From Pontiella sp. (GTDB lineage: Bacteria; Verrucomicrobiota; Kiritimatiellia; Kiritimatiellales; Pontiellaceae), in the NCBI GenBank assembly GCA_036526075.1, contig DATCZD010000171.1, forward strand, positions 1-42,780: 42,780 nt of DNA, read 5' to 3'. Of the stretch, positions 27,942 through 37,849 are shown one piece after another; the first letter of the stretch is position 1, and each line of letters begins with the position of its first letter. The translations under genes and the position numbers were made by a program. Below the pieces are notes generated by a model. It was given only the letters and a program-made list of their open reading frames with translations. It did not search any database and had not been told where the DNA came from.

Positions 27942-30026
27942 TTATTTGATTTTTCCTTCTGCTCGACGCTTTTCAACCACTTCATTAGCGATGTTGATCG
28001 GCACCGCCTCGTAGTGCTCGAAGTGCATGGAGAACGAGGCGCGGCCCTGAGTCAGGGAGCGCAATGTATTGGAGTAACCGAACATTTCGCTCAGCGGGAC
28101 GTAGCCCTTAACAATCTTCATGCCACCACGATCATCCATAGATTCAATGCGGCCACGACGCTGAGCAATGGTGCCGTTACATGCGCCCATGTATTCATCA
28201 GGCGTAGTGATTTCGATGCTCATGATCGGTTCGAGCAACTGTGGATTCCCTTTCATGAAGAGTTCCTTGAAGCCCTGGCGGCCAGCAATCTGGAAGGCAA
28301 AGTCAGATGAGTCAACATCATGGTAAGAACCATCGAGCAGAGTAACCTTCATATCCACAACTGGGTATCCGGCAAATGGGCCGGCTTCCAATGCCTGGAT
28401 GATACCCTTCTCAACAGACGGAATGTATTCGGAAGGAATGCGGCCGCCAACAACCTGGTTAACGAACTCGAAGCCGTCTCCCGGCTTACCAGGCTCGATG
28501 GCCATAACGACGTGACCATATTGACCACGGCCACCGGATTGCTTGGAGTGCTTGTAGGAGCCCTCTGACGGAGATGTTGCCGTTTCTCGGTACGCCACTT
28601 CCGGCCGGCCGACTTCAGCTACAACCCCAAATTCGCGCTTCAAACGATCAACGATGATTTCGAGGTGAAGCTCGCCCATGCCAGAAATAATAGTTTCGCT
28701 GGTTTCCTTGTCGAAGGCCACGACGAAGGTCGGATCTTCATCAGCCAGACGGTGCAACGCTTCACCCAGTTTTTCGTTATCGGCGTTGGATTCCGGCTTA
28801 ATGGAAATCGAAATAACCGGTGCCGGGAATTCCATGGACTCCAGAAAAATTTCATTTTCTTTTTCGCAGAGCGTGTCACCGGTTTTGGTTTCGCTCAAAC
28901 CTGCAACCGCAACAATGTCACCAGCCACAGCCACATCCAGTGCTTCCTGACGATTGGAGTGCATACGAAGCAGGCGGCCGATACGCTGTTTTTTCTGTTG
29001 AGTAGAATTCCATATGGTGGTACCGGCGGTCATAGTGCCGGAGTAGATACGCAGATAGGTCAGTTTGCCCATGTGCTTATCGGACATAATTTTGAATGCC
29101 AGTGCGGAGAAGACTTCATTGTCGTCAACCTTACGCTGGTTTTCCGGATTCTGTGTGCAGATGATCGGCGGAATTTCGTTCGGTGCCGGAAGAATGTTGT
29201 TCACGCCGTCGAGAAGTTGCTGAACACCTTTATTCTTGAAAGCCGAGCCACAGAAGACAGGGACAACCTGACGGGAGTGAGTTGCTTTACGCAAGATACT
29301 CATGATTTCAGTTTCGGTCAGGTCACCTTCTTCGAAATATTTTTCGAGAAGTTCTTCATCCATTTCAGCACATTTTTCAACGAGGTTGTTGCGCCACTCT
29401 TTAGCGGTTTCAACGAGGTCATCTGGAATTTCAGTTTCATCCCATTCTGCGCCCAAGGCATCATCATTAAAGATGAGGGCTTTCATGGTGATAAGATCGA
29501 TGATGCCTTTGAAGGTGTCTGAAGCGCCGATCGGAATTACAACAGGCACTGCGTTTGCGCCCAACATATTCTGGATACCATCAATCACGGAGTAGAAATC
29601 CGCTCCGATACGGTCCATTTTATTAACGAAGGCGATTTTTGGAACTTCATAACGCTCGGACTGATGCCAAACGGTTTCGGACTGAGGCTGAACGCCACCA
29701 ACCGCGCAGTAAAGAGCAATTGCGCCGTCAAGTACGCGCAACGCGCGTTCTACTTCCATGGTGAAGTCCACGTGGCCAGGAGTGTCGATGATCGAGATCA
29801 TATGATCTTTCCACATGCAGGACGTGGCCGCGGAAGTAATGGTAATTCCGCGTTCCTGCTCCTGTTCCATCCAGTCCATGGTGGCTGCTCCATCATGGAC
29901 CTCACCGATCTTGTGTGAGCGGCCCGTATAATAAAGGATACGTTCAGTTGTAGTAGTCTTGCCGGCGTCAATATGTGCCATGATGCCGATGTTGCGGATT
30001 CGTGATAAAGGGATTGATCTGGCCAT
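27942..30026 (-). CDS. fusA: Elongation factor G, canonical stand-alone copy
   Basis: [73 protein letters not shown]. Confidence 0.98.
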   Translation of the reverse strand: MARSIPLSRIRNIGIMAHIDAGKTTTTERILYYTGRSHKIGEVHDGAATMDWMEQEQERGITITSAATSCMWKDHMISIIDTPGHVDFTMEVERALRVLDGAIALYCAVGGVQPQSETVWHQSERYEVPKIAFVNKMDRIGADFYSVIDGIQNMLGANAVPVVIPIGASDTFKGIIDLITMKALIFNDDALGAEWDETEIPDDLVETAKEWRNNLVEKCAEMDEELLEKYFEEGDLTETEIMSILRKATHSRQVVPVFCGSAFKNKGVQQLLDGVNNILPAPNEIPPIICTQNPENQRKVDDNEVFSALAFKIMSDKHMGKLTYLRIYSGTMTAGTTIWNSTQQKKQRIGRLLRMHSNRQEALDVAVAGDIVAVAGLSETKTGDTLCEKENEIFLESMEFPAPVISISIKPESNADNEKLGEALHRLADEDPTFVVAFDKETSETIISGMGELHLEIIVDRLKREFGVVAEVGRPEVAYRETATSPSEGSYKHSKQSGGRGQYGHVVMAIEPGKPGDGFEFVNQVVGGRIPSEYIPSVEKGIIQALEAGPFAGYPVVDMKVTLLDGSYHDVDSSDFAFQIAGRQGFKELFMKGNPQLLEPIMSIEITTPDEYMGACNGTIAQRRGRIESMDDRGGMKIVKGYVPLSEMFGYSNTLRSLTQGRASFSMHFEHYEAVPINIANEVVEKRRAEGKIK

Positions 30027-30071
30027 TGCTTTTCCTCGTTAAATTTTTCTCTAACCCATTAAAGGCGCGCA

Positions 30072-30100
30072 AATATGCCTTCTGCCCCCTCTGGCTTCAA
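30072..30100 (-). promoter_or_regulatory. Putative stringent-type promoter of the second fusA
   Basis: Minus strand TTGAAG-N17-CATATT followed by the GC-rich discriminator TGCGCGCC. Confidence 0.45.
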
Positions 30101-30285
30101 GGTATAATTCGTTAAAAGTTAATGACCTGCGTCGGTTGTTTGCTGGTTTTTTCAAGGAATATTTGAGCGTAAATCAAGGTTGTATGACTTCCCTTTAAAT
30201 GATGAATAGGTCAGAATGTTCAGGCAATCATCCAATAATCGGACCTGTCGTTCGTTTTATTGTAATTTGAAGGGGTGGAGGAGTG

Positions 30286-31863
30286 ATGAATTCCCGATGG
30301 TTTGTATTGATCGTACTGGCGGGTTTGTCGTTCGGGCCGGATGTCAGGTCCGATCCGAAACAGAGCAGTTCTGAAATTGACCGGTTGGTTTTTTCAAAAC
30401 TCGAAGAGCTGAACATTCCTAAGTCTGAACCTTGTTCCGATGAGGTTTTTCTTCGTCGGGTCTACTTAGATATGATCGGAACCCTGCCAACTCGGACAGA
30501 GGTTCGGGATTTTCTCTCCAGCCGTTCCGTCGACAAACGAGAAAAATTGATCGAACATCTTTTTGAGCGCCCGGAGTTTGCGGACTATTGGTCGCTGAAG
30601 TGGTGCGATCTGTTGCGTGTAAAGGCGGAGTTCCCGAGTAAGCTCTGGCCCAATGCGGTGCAGGCTTATCATCGCTGGATACGCACTTCACTTGAAAATA
30701 ATATGCCCTATGATCAGTTTGCCGGAACGCTACTTTCTTCCAGCGGCAGTAATTTTCGGGAGGCGCCGGTAAATTTTTATCGGGCGATGCCCAAGCGGGA
30801 TCCAGAGGATATTGCTCGTATTGTGGCGCTGACTTTTATGGGGATGCGCTCCGACAGATGGGAGCGCAGTCAGGTTATGGGCATGGCGGCATTTTTTGGT
30901 CAGATCAGTTATAAGGGAACCTCCGAATGGAAGGAGGAAATCGTTTTTTATGATCCCTCGAAAAAGTTCAACAACCCAGACACTGGCGAACCGGTAGACA
31001 CGTGGTTGCCAGACGGCACTTCCATTGAAATTCAGCCAGGGCGTGATCCTCGGAGTGATTTTGCCGACTGGCTGGTAAGGACCGATATTTTTGCGGAAAA
31101 CATAGTAAACCGCATTTGGTATTGGCTGTTGGGCAGGGGGATTATTCATGAGGCCGATGATATTCGTCCCGATAATCCTCCGCAAAACTGGGAGTTGCTA
31201 GACTTTCTCGCTCGGGAGCTGGCGGAGCATGATTATGACCTGCGGCATATCTATCGGATCATTCTGAATTCAAAAACCTACCAGCTCTCCTCCATACATA
31301 ATGATGGAAATCGGACGGATATTGTGAACTTTTCACACTACCAAGTCCGACGTCTGGATGCTGAGGTATTGATGGATGCTATCTGTCAGATTACGGAAAC
31401 AACGGAAGCATATTCGAGTGATATTCCGGAGCCATTCACCTTTATTCCCGAAACACAGCGCTCTATCAAACTTGCTGATGGAAGTATCACCAGTCCGTTT
31501 CTGGATCTGTTTGGCCGTCCACCCCGGGATAGCGGTTATGAGTCGGAGCGGAACAATACGCCTTCGGCCGCCCAGAAACTACACATGCTGAATTCATCCC
31601 ATATTCAGAAAAAGCTACTCAACAATCGAGAATTGCTGGGGCAAGTGAGGGATCGTGGAAAAAAACAAAAGAAGGCTGTGCGCTGGAAAGAGCCACAACA
31701 GGCCGCGGAGGATATGTATCTGACTATTTTATCGCGCTACCCAACGCCATATGAAATGCAACTGGTACTGGACTATATTCAGGAAAGTGAAACCCAGATT
31801 TCTGCGGCAATCGATATTGTATGGGCACTTCTGAATACGAAGGAATTTATCTACAGGCATTGA
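30286..31863 (+). CDS. Exported DUF1549 + DUF1553 domain protein
   Basis: N-terminal signal peptide; IDRLV, FLRRVYLDMIGTLPT, WCDLLR, NMPYDQF; VNRIWYWLLGRGI, ELLDFLA, ILNSKTYQ, RRLDAEVLMDAI, FGRP, LLNTKEF. GGAGG SD; start is ATG 30286 or GTG 30283. Confidence 0.9.
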   Translation: MNSRWFVLIVLAGLSFGPDVRSDPKQSSSEIDRLVFSKLEELNIPKSEPCSDEVFLRRVYLDMIGTLPTRTEVRDFLSSRSVDKREKLIEHLFERPEFADYWSLKWCDLLRVKAEFPSKLWPNAVQAYHRWIRTSLENNMPYDQFAGTLLSSSGSNFREAPVNFYRAMPKRDPEDIARIVALTFMGMRSDRWERSQVMGMAAFFGQISYKGTSEWKEEIVFYDPSKKFNNPDTGEPVDTWLPDGTSIEIQPGRDPRSDFADWLVRTDIFAENIVNRIWYWLLGRGIIHEADDIRPDNPPQNWELLDFLARELAEHDYDLRHIYRIILNSKTYQLSSIHNDGNRTDIVNFSHYQVRRLDAEVLMDAICQITETTEAYSSDIPEPFTFIPETQRSIKLADGSITSPFLDLFGRPPRDSGYESERNNTPSAAQKLHMLNSSHIQKKLLNNRELLGQVRDRGKKQKKAVRWKEPQQAAEDMYLTILSRYPTPYEMQLVLDYIQESETQISAAIDIVWALLNTKEFIYRH

Positions 31864-31881
31864 TCTGAAGGAATACAACAT

Positions 31882-33207
31882 ATGAATACAAAACCTCAGT
31901 TTGATATTTCTCGGCGGAATCTGATGCGAGCTTCAGTAGCGGCTGGAGCGGTGGGGATTATGCCCGAAATTGCTCTGCCAGCGACGGACGTGGTGCCATC
32001 GCGGGCTAAGTCGGTTATTCAGATTTGGATGTGGGGTGGCCCGTCACATCTTGATACCTTTGATCCCAAGCCAGAGGCGGGTTCTGACTTCTACGGTCCC
32101 TACAAATCTCCGATTGAAACGAATGTCTCTGGCATTCGTATTTGTGAAAAACTTCCTCTACTCGCACAACAGGCGGATAAATATTCCATTATCCATAGTA
32201 TGACGCATGGGATCAATGGGCATGAAACGGCCTCCTATGTTACACAGACTGGCCGGCCGGTAGGAGGTGAAGTTTATCCCTGTGCGGGTGCAGTGGTGTC
32301 GTATTTTAAGGGAGTAGACGCTGGATACAAAGGTCTGCTTCCTCCCTATATTGTACTGACTAAGCCGCAGGGACGCTTTTCCGAGCCAGGCTTTATGGGA
32401 CATCGTTATAAACCTTTTGCGACTGGCGGGAAGCCCAATGCCCCGGTATTTACGGTGGAGGGGATTGTTCAGCAGGGAATCGCTGAACACCGCCAGCACC
32501 GTCGCCGTGAATTGCTTCATAAACTTGAAACCTTAGGCAAAAAGATGAAGGGCAACGCGGCGTTTGATCAGATGGATATGTGTGAGGACCAGGCTTACGA
32601 ATTGATTCTAGGTGATGCGGGCAAGGTGTTTGATGTTAAGACTGAAGATGAGAAGCTACGTTTGCGTTATGGGCGGAATGATTTCGGAGCGGCCTGCTTG
32701 GTGGCCCGCAAGCTGGTTGAAGCTGGCGTTCCATACATCACCATTAATTATCAGGGATGGGATACGCACAAAAAGCATTTCGATATCATGAATCGGAAGC
32801 TGCTAGAGCTGGATAAAGGATTTTCTACATTGCTAGAGGATTTAAGTCAGCGCGGTCTACTAGATAGTACCATTGTCTGGTGGGGTGGTGAGTTCGGCCG
32901 TACCCCAAAGGTGCAATGGGATGCCCCATGGAATGGCGGACGCGGTCATTATGGAAAATGTTTCAGCCATGTTTTAGCCGGCGGAGGGTTTCAGGGAGGA
33001 CAGGTGATCGGAGCTTCGGACAGTAAAGGTGAGGAGGTGAAGGATCGTCCTGTTTATCCATGGGATCTAATTGGAAGTATTTATGAGCAAATGGGCATTG
33101 ATGGGAGAGCACGTCTGCCGCACCCGCAGGGATTGGATGTGCGGGTTAGTCCTACAGAAGAGGATGGAGTCCTGATTGGTGGGCGTTTGCGGGAGATCAT
33201 GTCATGA
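31882..33207 (+). CDS. DUF1501 family protein with Tat signal
   Basis: SRRNLM twin-arginine motif; GGPSHLDTFDPKP, ARKLVEAGV, GWDTH, GEFGRTP, LAGGG. Confidence 0.92.
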   Translation: MNTKPQFDISRRNLMRASVAAGAVGIMPEIALPATDVVPSRAKSVIQIWMWGGPSHLDTFDPKPEAGSDFYGPYKSPIETNVSGIRICEKLPLLAQQADKYSIIHSMTHGINGHETASYVTQTGRPVGGEVYPCAGAVVSYFKGVDAGYKGLLPPYIVLTKPQGRFSEPGFMGHRYKPFATGGKPNAPVFTVEGIVQQGIAEHRQHRRRELLHKLETLGKKMKGNAAFDQMDMCEDQAYELILGDAGKVFDVKTEDEKLRLRYGRNDFGAACLVARKLVEAGVPYITINYQGWDTHKKHFDIMNRKLLELDKGFSTLLEDLSQRGLLDSTIVWWGGEFGRTPKVQWDAPWNGGRGHYGKCFSHVLAGGGFQGGQVIGASDSKGEEVKDRPVYPWDLIGSIYEQMGIDGRARLPHPQGLDVRVSPTEEDGVLIGGRLREIMS

Positions 33208-35492
33208 GGCGAAAAACGCTATGGTTGACTTTTATTTTAATCACAGTGTTTTCGTTCCGTGTAGTAAGGTCGGAAGAAGTTCCACATATCGGTTATGCCT
33301 ATCCGGCTGGCGGACAGCAGGGAAGTTCGTTTGAGGTGGAGGTAGGGGGGCAATACCTGAATGGAGTATCCCATGTGCGTGTGAGCGGAGGAGGTGTTCA
33401 GGTTGAGGTTGAACATTATACAGTTAAGTTTGAGCGCAAGCGATTGAATCAGATGTTTAATCAGCTAAGGAACCTTAAAGAAGGAATGGATGGGAAAGAA
33501 GGGAAAGAGCTGAAGCAGGCCGAGAGGAAGTTGAGGTGGGTGCGCAACCAATTGGCACTTTTGGATCTTCCGGAAAAGGTAGATAGGGAGAATCGTAACG
33601 CGGTTTTTAAACATCTTGAGTTCAGTCACAAGGAGCAGTTTAACCCACAGATTGCAGAACGCCTTAGAGTTCGCGTTACGATCAACAAAGATGCTGTTCC
33701 CGGCGACCGTGAACTTCGGGTGGAATCTTCTTCTGGTCTATCGAATCCGATTTGTTTTCAGGTTGGAAATTTGCAGGAGACCCATGAATCTGAACCGAAT
33801 GACGATCATCAGGACCCGGAGCTTCAGATCGTTCCGCTTCCTTCAGTCATCAACGGACAGATTCGCCCGGGCGATGTCGATCATTTCAGGTTTGATGCCG
33901 CTAAGGGCGATTCGATTATTGTGGATGTATCAGCCCGACGAATTATTCCCTACCTAGCGGATGCAGTACCCGGTTGGTTTCAGGCGGTCACGGCGCTTTA
34001 TGATGAGGATGGTAATGAGGTGGCGTATGAAGATGATTATAAATTTAATCCCGACCCCGTTCTCTTTTTCAATGTGCCGAAGGCTGGAACCTATACGCTT
34101 TCAGTTCGCGATTCTATTTATCGTGGGCGGGAAGATTTTATTTACCGTATTTCCATCGGCGAACTCCCCTTTATTACAAGCATCTTTCCATTAGGGGGAC
34201 AGCAAGGGAAAGATGCGGATGTCGCTTTGGACGGGTGGAACCTTCCTCAAACCCGGTTGCAGGGCAATATTCCGAAGCAAGCGGGCAACCTGCGTCATAT
34301 TACCGTTGAAAAAGATGGTTATCGATCCAACCCTATGCCGTTTGTTATTAGTGATATTCACAACATAATTGAGTCTGAACCCAATAATACGGATGCTGCC
34401 GCTCAACCGGTTACGAAACCTTTGGTGATCAACGGGCGTATTCAGCATTCCAAGGACATTGATGTTTTTAGTTTTTCGGGAAGCAAGGGTGAGTTGATTT
34501 CCATTGAAGTGATGGCTCGCCGCATTAACTCTCCGCTCGATTCCGTTATTACGCTGAGGGGGCCTGGTCTTGAGCCGCCAATACGCAATGATGATTATGT
34601 GAGGAAGAATTCAACTCACCTGCATCTAGGTGCAGGACTGGTTACGCATCATGCTGATTCCTATCTTTGGCAAAAGTTACCTGAAACCGGCACCTATTTT
34701 GTTGAAATTGGTGATGCGCAAGCAAAAGGTGGGCACGATTATGGCTACCGTCTTAGTATAAAGAAATCTATACCGGACTTTCAGCTGTGCATGGAACCCT
34801 CTGGGATGAATATTGGGCCCGGCGGAACAGCAGTATTCGCAATCCGAGCATTTCGTCAGAATGGATTTAATGGGAAGATTCGTTTAAAAGCAGAAAACCT
34901 GCCTGATGGTTTTTTTATCAGTGAATCTTTTATTCCTGAGGACTGTGACATAACCCGCCTGACCATCACGGCCCCGAATAAGATCGGGGAAGAAGAGCTG
35001 AATCCGGAAATAACCGGGACAGGCATGGTTGAGGGCCGACAGATTAAAAGAACTGCAGTTCCGGTTGATGATCAGATGCAAGCGTTTCTCTACCGACATC
35101 TGGTTCCTGCACATGAATTGACGCTGGCGCCTTCCTCAGAGCCTCCTCCGCTTTCATTTGAAGCCTGCCTTCCAAAGTCTGGGCTGATTGAGTTGCCGTT
35201 AGGGCAGGAGGTTCGGGTTGGATTTGTCGGTCGTGTTCTAGAGGACGGGGTGAAAGGTATGAAGCTGCGACTGGATCATCCTCCGGAAGGAATTACGGAG
35301 AATAAGGGATGGATTGGCGGAAATAAATCAGGAGGGAGTCTGGTGCGTGGCTCGATTGTTCTGAAAGCGGAAAAACCGCTAGAACCTGGGGACCGAATCA
35401 GCTTGGTTATGATGGCAGTCAAAAAGAAAGGCCGGGATGAAGTACTGGTTCCGGCTCCTGCAATTCCGGTAAAGATCGTCAAATCACGCTAG
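33204..35492 (+). CDS. Exported multi-domain protein with repeated PPC (pre-peptidase C-terminal)-like domains
   Basis: Signal peptide; YPAGGQQG and FPLGGQQG repeats; two ESEPN(D/N)...INGxI...DxDxFxF units. No recognisable protease catalytic domain. ATGA overlap with the DUF1501 gene. Confidence 0.85.
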   Translation: MRRKTLWLTFILITVFSFRVVRSEEVPHIGYAYPAGGQQGSSFEVEVGGQYLNGVSHVRVSGGGVQVEVEHYTVKFERKRLNQMFNQLRNLKEGMDGKEGKELKQAERKLRWVRNQLALLDLPEKVDRENRNAVFKHLEFSHKEQFNPQIAERLRVRVTINKDAVPGDRELRVESSSGLSNPICFQVGNLQETHESEPNDDHQDPELQIVPLPSVINGQIRPGDVDHFRFDAAKGDSIIVDVSARRIIPYLADAVPGWFQAVTALYDEDGNEVAYEDDYKFNPDPVLFFNVPKAGTYTLSVRDSIYRGREDFIYRISIGELPFITSIFPLGGQQGKDADVALDGWNLPQTRLQGNIPKQAGNLRHITVEKDGYRSNPMPFVISDIHNIIESEPNNTDAAAQPVTKPLVINGRIQHSKDIDVFSFSGSKGELISIEVMARRINSPLDSVITLRGPGLEPPIRNDDYVRKNSTHLHLGAGLVTHHADSYLWQKLPETGTYFVEIGDAQAKGGHDYGYRLSIKKSIPDFQLCMEPSGMNIGPGGTAVFAIRAFRQNGFNGKIRLKAENLPDGFFISESFIPEDCDITRLTITAPNKIGEEELNPEITGTGMVEGRQIKRTAVPVDDQMQAFLYRHLVPAHELTLAPSSEPPPLSFEACLPKSGLIELPLGQEVRVGFVGRVLEDGVKGMKLRLDHPPEGITENKGWIGGNKSGGSLVRGSIVLKAEKPLEPGDRISLVMMAVKKKGRDEVLVPAPAIPVKIVKSR

Positions 35493-35585
35493 TTACCAAG
35501 GCCCATTGTGAAGAATATTCTCCCTGTGGAAATCATGGAAGTAACTTGAATCATAATTTGTTCTGTGGTTTCTGTGGTTAGAACG

Positions 35586-36614
35586 ATGAACTTAAGTAAT
35601 TTTAGTGAATGGCTGCAGGGGGCAGCGAAAAAAATCGGGGCACATTCAGCTGCCTGTATCCGTATGGATAATCCACTGCTTAGGTCATGTGTTGAAGAAA
35701 ATAATGCGCGGGTGGCAAATTGGCTTCAGGCGGGGTTGCACGGAGAGATGAAATATCTGGAACGGATGTTTTCGGAAAAAGCCGATCCGTGGAAAACCTT
35801 CCCTTTTGCAAAATCGCTCATTGTTTTAACTTTTACAAATGAATGGGGATCTCCCGAAGCAAAGCACCCGTTTCCTGTTCCGGCAGAGAATGCGCTGCTG
35901 GGTTATGTTTCGGCGTATGCTAAAGAGGTGGATTATCATACTAGCGGCCAGTCTATACTGTCGGAGCTGAAATTTCTGCTAGGCTCTGATATTCAAGCCG
36001 AGGCGGCCGTGGATACCAAGGCGGTTTATGAACGGCTTTTTGCAACAGTCGGAGGGCTCGGAATCGTTGGCGGAAATGACCTTCTTCGAGTTCCGGGGCG
36101 TACCAATGTTCGCGTATTTATCGGGTGCCTTTTTGTCGATTACGAACTTCCGGAAGTAATTCAGCAGCCGGCCATGCCGTTCCAATGTGGAGACTGTCTG
36201 GCTTGTATTAAAAACTGCCCAACCGATGCGATTCGTTTTGGGGAGCCGATTGATGCGCGCAGATGCATCAGTTATCTGACAATTGAAAAACGCGGTCTCC
36301 TGAATAAGGATGAGGGGGAGATGATCGGTGATTGGCTTTTCGGATGTGATGACTGTACCACGGTTTGTCCTCCGAAAGATAAAATCGATACGCGTATTCC
36401 CGTTGATCTAGAGTGGTTGCTTAAAAGTCCTTCTGCAGAACTGAGACGGTTGATAAAAGGCAATGCGACCTCGTATGCAGGAGTAACCCAGCTTCGCAAA
36501 AATGCGGTTGTGGTATTGAAGGGAATGCAATCAGTTCAGGCAAAAGAGCTGCTGGAGTGGAGTCGTAAAAATACCGGTAGCGACTTGATCCGAGAGCAGA
36601 TTGACTTATGGTAA
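35586..36614 (+). CDS. queG: Epoxyqueuosine reductase
   Basis: GLHGEMKYL, YA...DYH, VDT; ferredoxin motif CGDCLACIKNCPT, CISYLTIE, GCDDCTTVCP. Start probably ATG 35586. Confidence 0.9.
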   Translation: MNLSNFSEWLQGAAKKIGAHSAACIRMDNPLLRSCVEENNARVANWLQAGLHGEMKYLERMFSEKADPWKTFPFAKSLIVLTFTNEWGSPEAKHPFPVPAENALLGYVSAYAKEVDYHTSGQSILSELKFLLGSDIQAEAAVDTKAVYERLFATVGGLGIVGGNDLLRVPGRTNVRVFIGCLFVDYELPEVIQQPAMPFQCGDCLACIKNCPTDAIRFGEPIDARRCISYLTIEKRGLLNKDEGEMIGDWLFGCDDCTTVCPPKDKIDTRIPVDLEWLLKSPSAELRRLIKGNATSYAGVTQLRKNAVVVLKGMQSVQAKELLEWSRKNTGSDLIREQIDLW

Positions 36615-36639
36615 GTCATTTTTAGATGAGGAAAACTCC

Positions 36640-37155
36640 ATGAGCTTTATCGAGCTAGCAGAAAAACGCCGTAGTATCCGTAGTTTTAACCCCGATCCAG
36701 TTCCGGAAGATTTGCTTAATGAAATTCTGCGCGCGGGCAATCTCGCACCCACTGCAAAAAACCTACAGCCCTTTTATTTTATTGTGGTTCGTGATGCTTG
36801 TAAGTTGGATGAGTTGGCTCTGTCATACCCGGCGCCGTTTTTTCAGGAGGCTCCGGTGGTAATTGTGATCTGTACTGAAGCGGCTTCCGGATGGGTGCGC
36901 GACCGATATGATGGAAAGAACTATTGCGAGGTCGATGCGGCAATTGCGATTGATCATATGACTTTGGCTGCTGCCGATCTCGGGTTGGGTTCCTGTTGGA
37001 TTGGGGCATTTGATCCCGTTAAGGTAACCTCTACGATGAGGCTTCCTGATGGAATTGAGCCTCTTGCCATGCTTCTAGTAGGTTATTCCAACGAAGAGGG
37101 ACGGGAGAAGGTTCGAAAGCCGTTGAAAGAATTGGTGCGTTATGAACAGTGGTAA
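36640..37155 (+). CDS. Nitroreductase family protein
   Basis: RRSIRSF, APTAKNLQP, LAAADLGLGSCWIG, GY. ATG 36640 has a GAGG SD. Confidence 0.93.
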   Translation: MSFIELAEKRRSIRSFNPDPVPEDLLNEILRAGNLAPTAKNLQPFYFIVVRDACKLDELALSYPAPFFQEAPVVIVICTEAASGWVRDRYDGKNYCEVDAAIAIDHMTLAAADLGLGSCWIGAFDPVKVTSTMRLPDGIEPLAMLLVGYSNEEGREKVRKPLKELVRYEQW

Positions 37156-37675
37156 GAACTCTCCCTGTGTGTTGGGAATCGTTGGTGCAATCTGGGGCGT
37201 GGTAGGCCTTTCTATGATTCTGGGGCGCGGCCTTATCGCTATTTACCCCTATGCCGTAGAGTTGAGAGAATATACCTTTGCATGGTTTCATTGGGTATCT
37301 TTGGCTCTCAGCCTGCTATTCATGGGTTATGCTGAAGGTTACAAGGGTTTTCAGCTTAAGTTTTCTCCGCGTGCCGCAGCCCGAGCGCTCTATTTGCTTC
37401 GAAATCCTACACTACTCCGCGTGTTATTTGCTCCGCTCTTCTGTATGGGGTATTTTCATGCATCTCGAAAGCGAATAATTGTTTCGTACTCTCTCACGAT
37501 TGGGGTTGTAATGTTGATTATTCTGGTTGGGAAAATGGTACAGCCATGGCGCGGTGTTGTTGATGCTGGTGTCCTACTTGGTCTAGGGTGGGGGTTGCTG
37601 TCCTTCTGGTTTTTCTGTCTCAAAGCCTTCTTCGGGAAAAATTTCAGCGTCTGCCCAGAAACCCTGGAGACATAA
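37142..37675 (+). CDS. Hypothetical integral membrane protein
   Basis: 177 aa with 4-5 hydrophobic segments and motif-like stretches YAEGYKGFQ.KFSPR, APLFCMG, QPWRGVVDAGV. Overlaps the nitroreductase stop. Confidence 0.75.
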   Translation: MNSGKNSPCVLGIVGAIWGVVGLSMILGRGLIAIYPYAVELREYTFAWFHWVSLALSLLFMGYAEGYKGFQLKFSPRAAARALYLLRNPTLLRVLFAPLFCMGYFHASRKRIIVSYSLTIGVVMLIILVGKMVQPWRGVVDAGVLLGLGWGLLSFWFFCLKAFFGKNFSVCPETLET

Positions 37676-37849
37676 CTCAGCAGGTTTGTTTACGTTCTAT
37701 GCAAGAAGTACTGGAGTTGCGCACCTGATTAGTAGATCAGCAGAATTTCTATTTTGTCGTACAAAACGGGCTGCGTTTAGGATATCCGTTGCTCGGATAA
37801 TCGCATCTTCTGGGCGCTATTCGTTTTTGTGGATGGGCATCATGGATTT

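Noticed and set aside
28665-29522. 285-aa plus-strand ORF opposite the second fusA
   Set aside because: Antisense shadow of EF-G with no independent features.
35561-35580. Tandem TCTGTGGTT repeat upstream of queG
   Set aside because: Two 9-nt copies only; no array and no further copies noticed.
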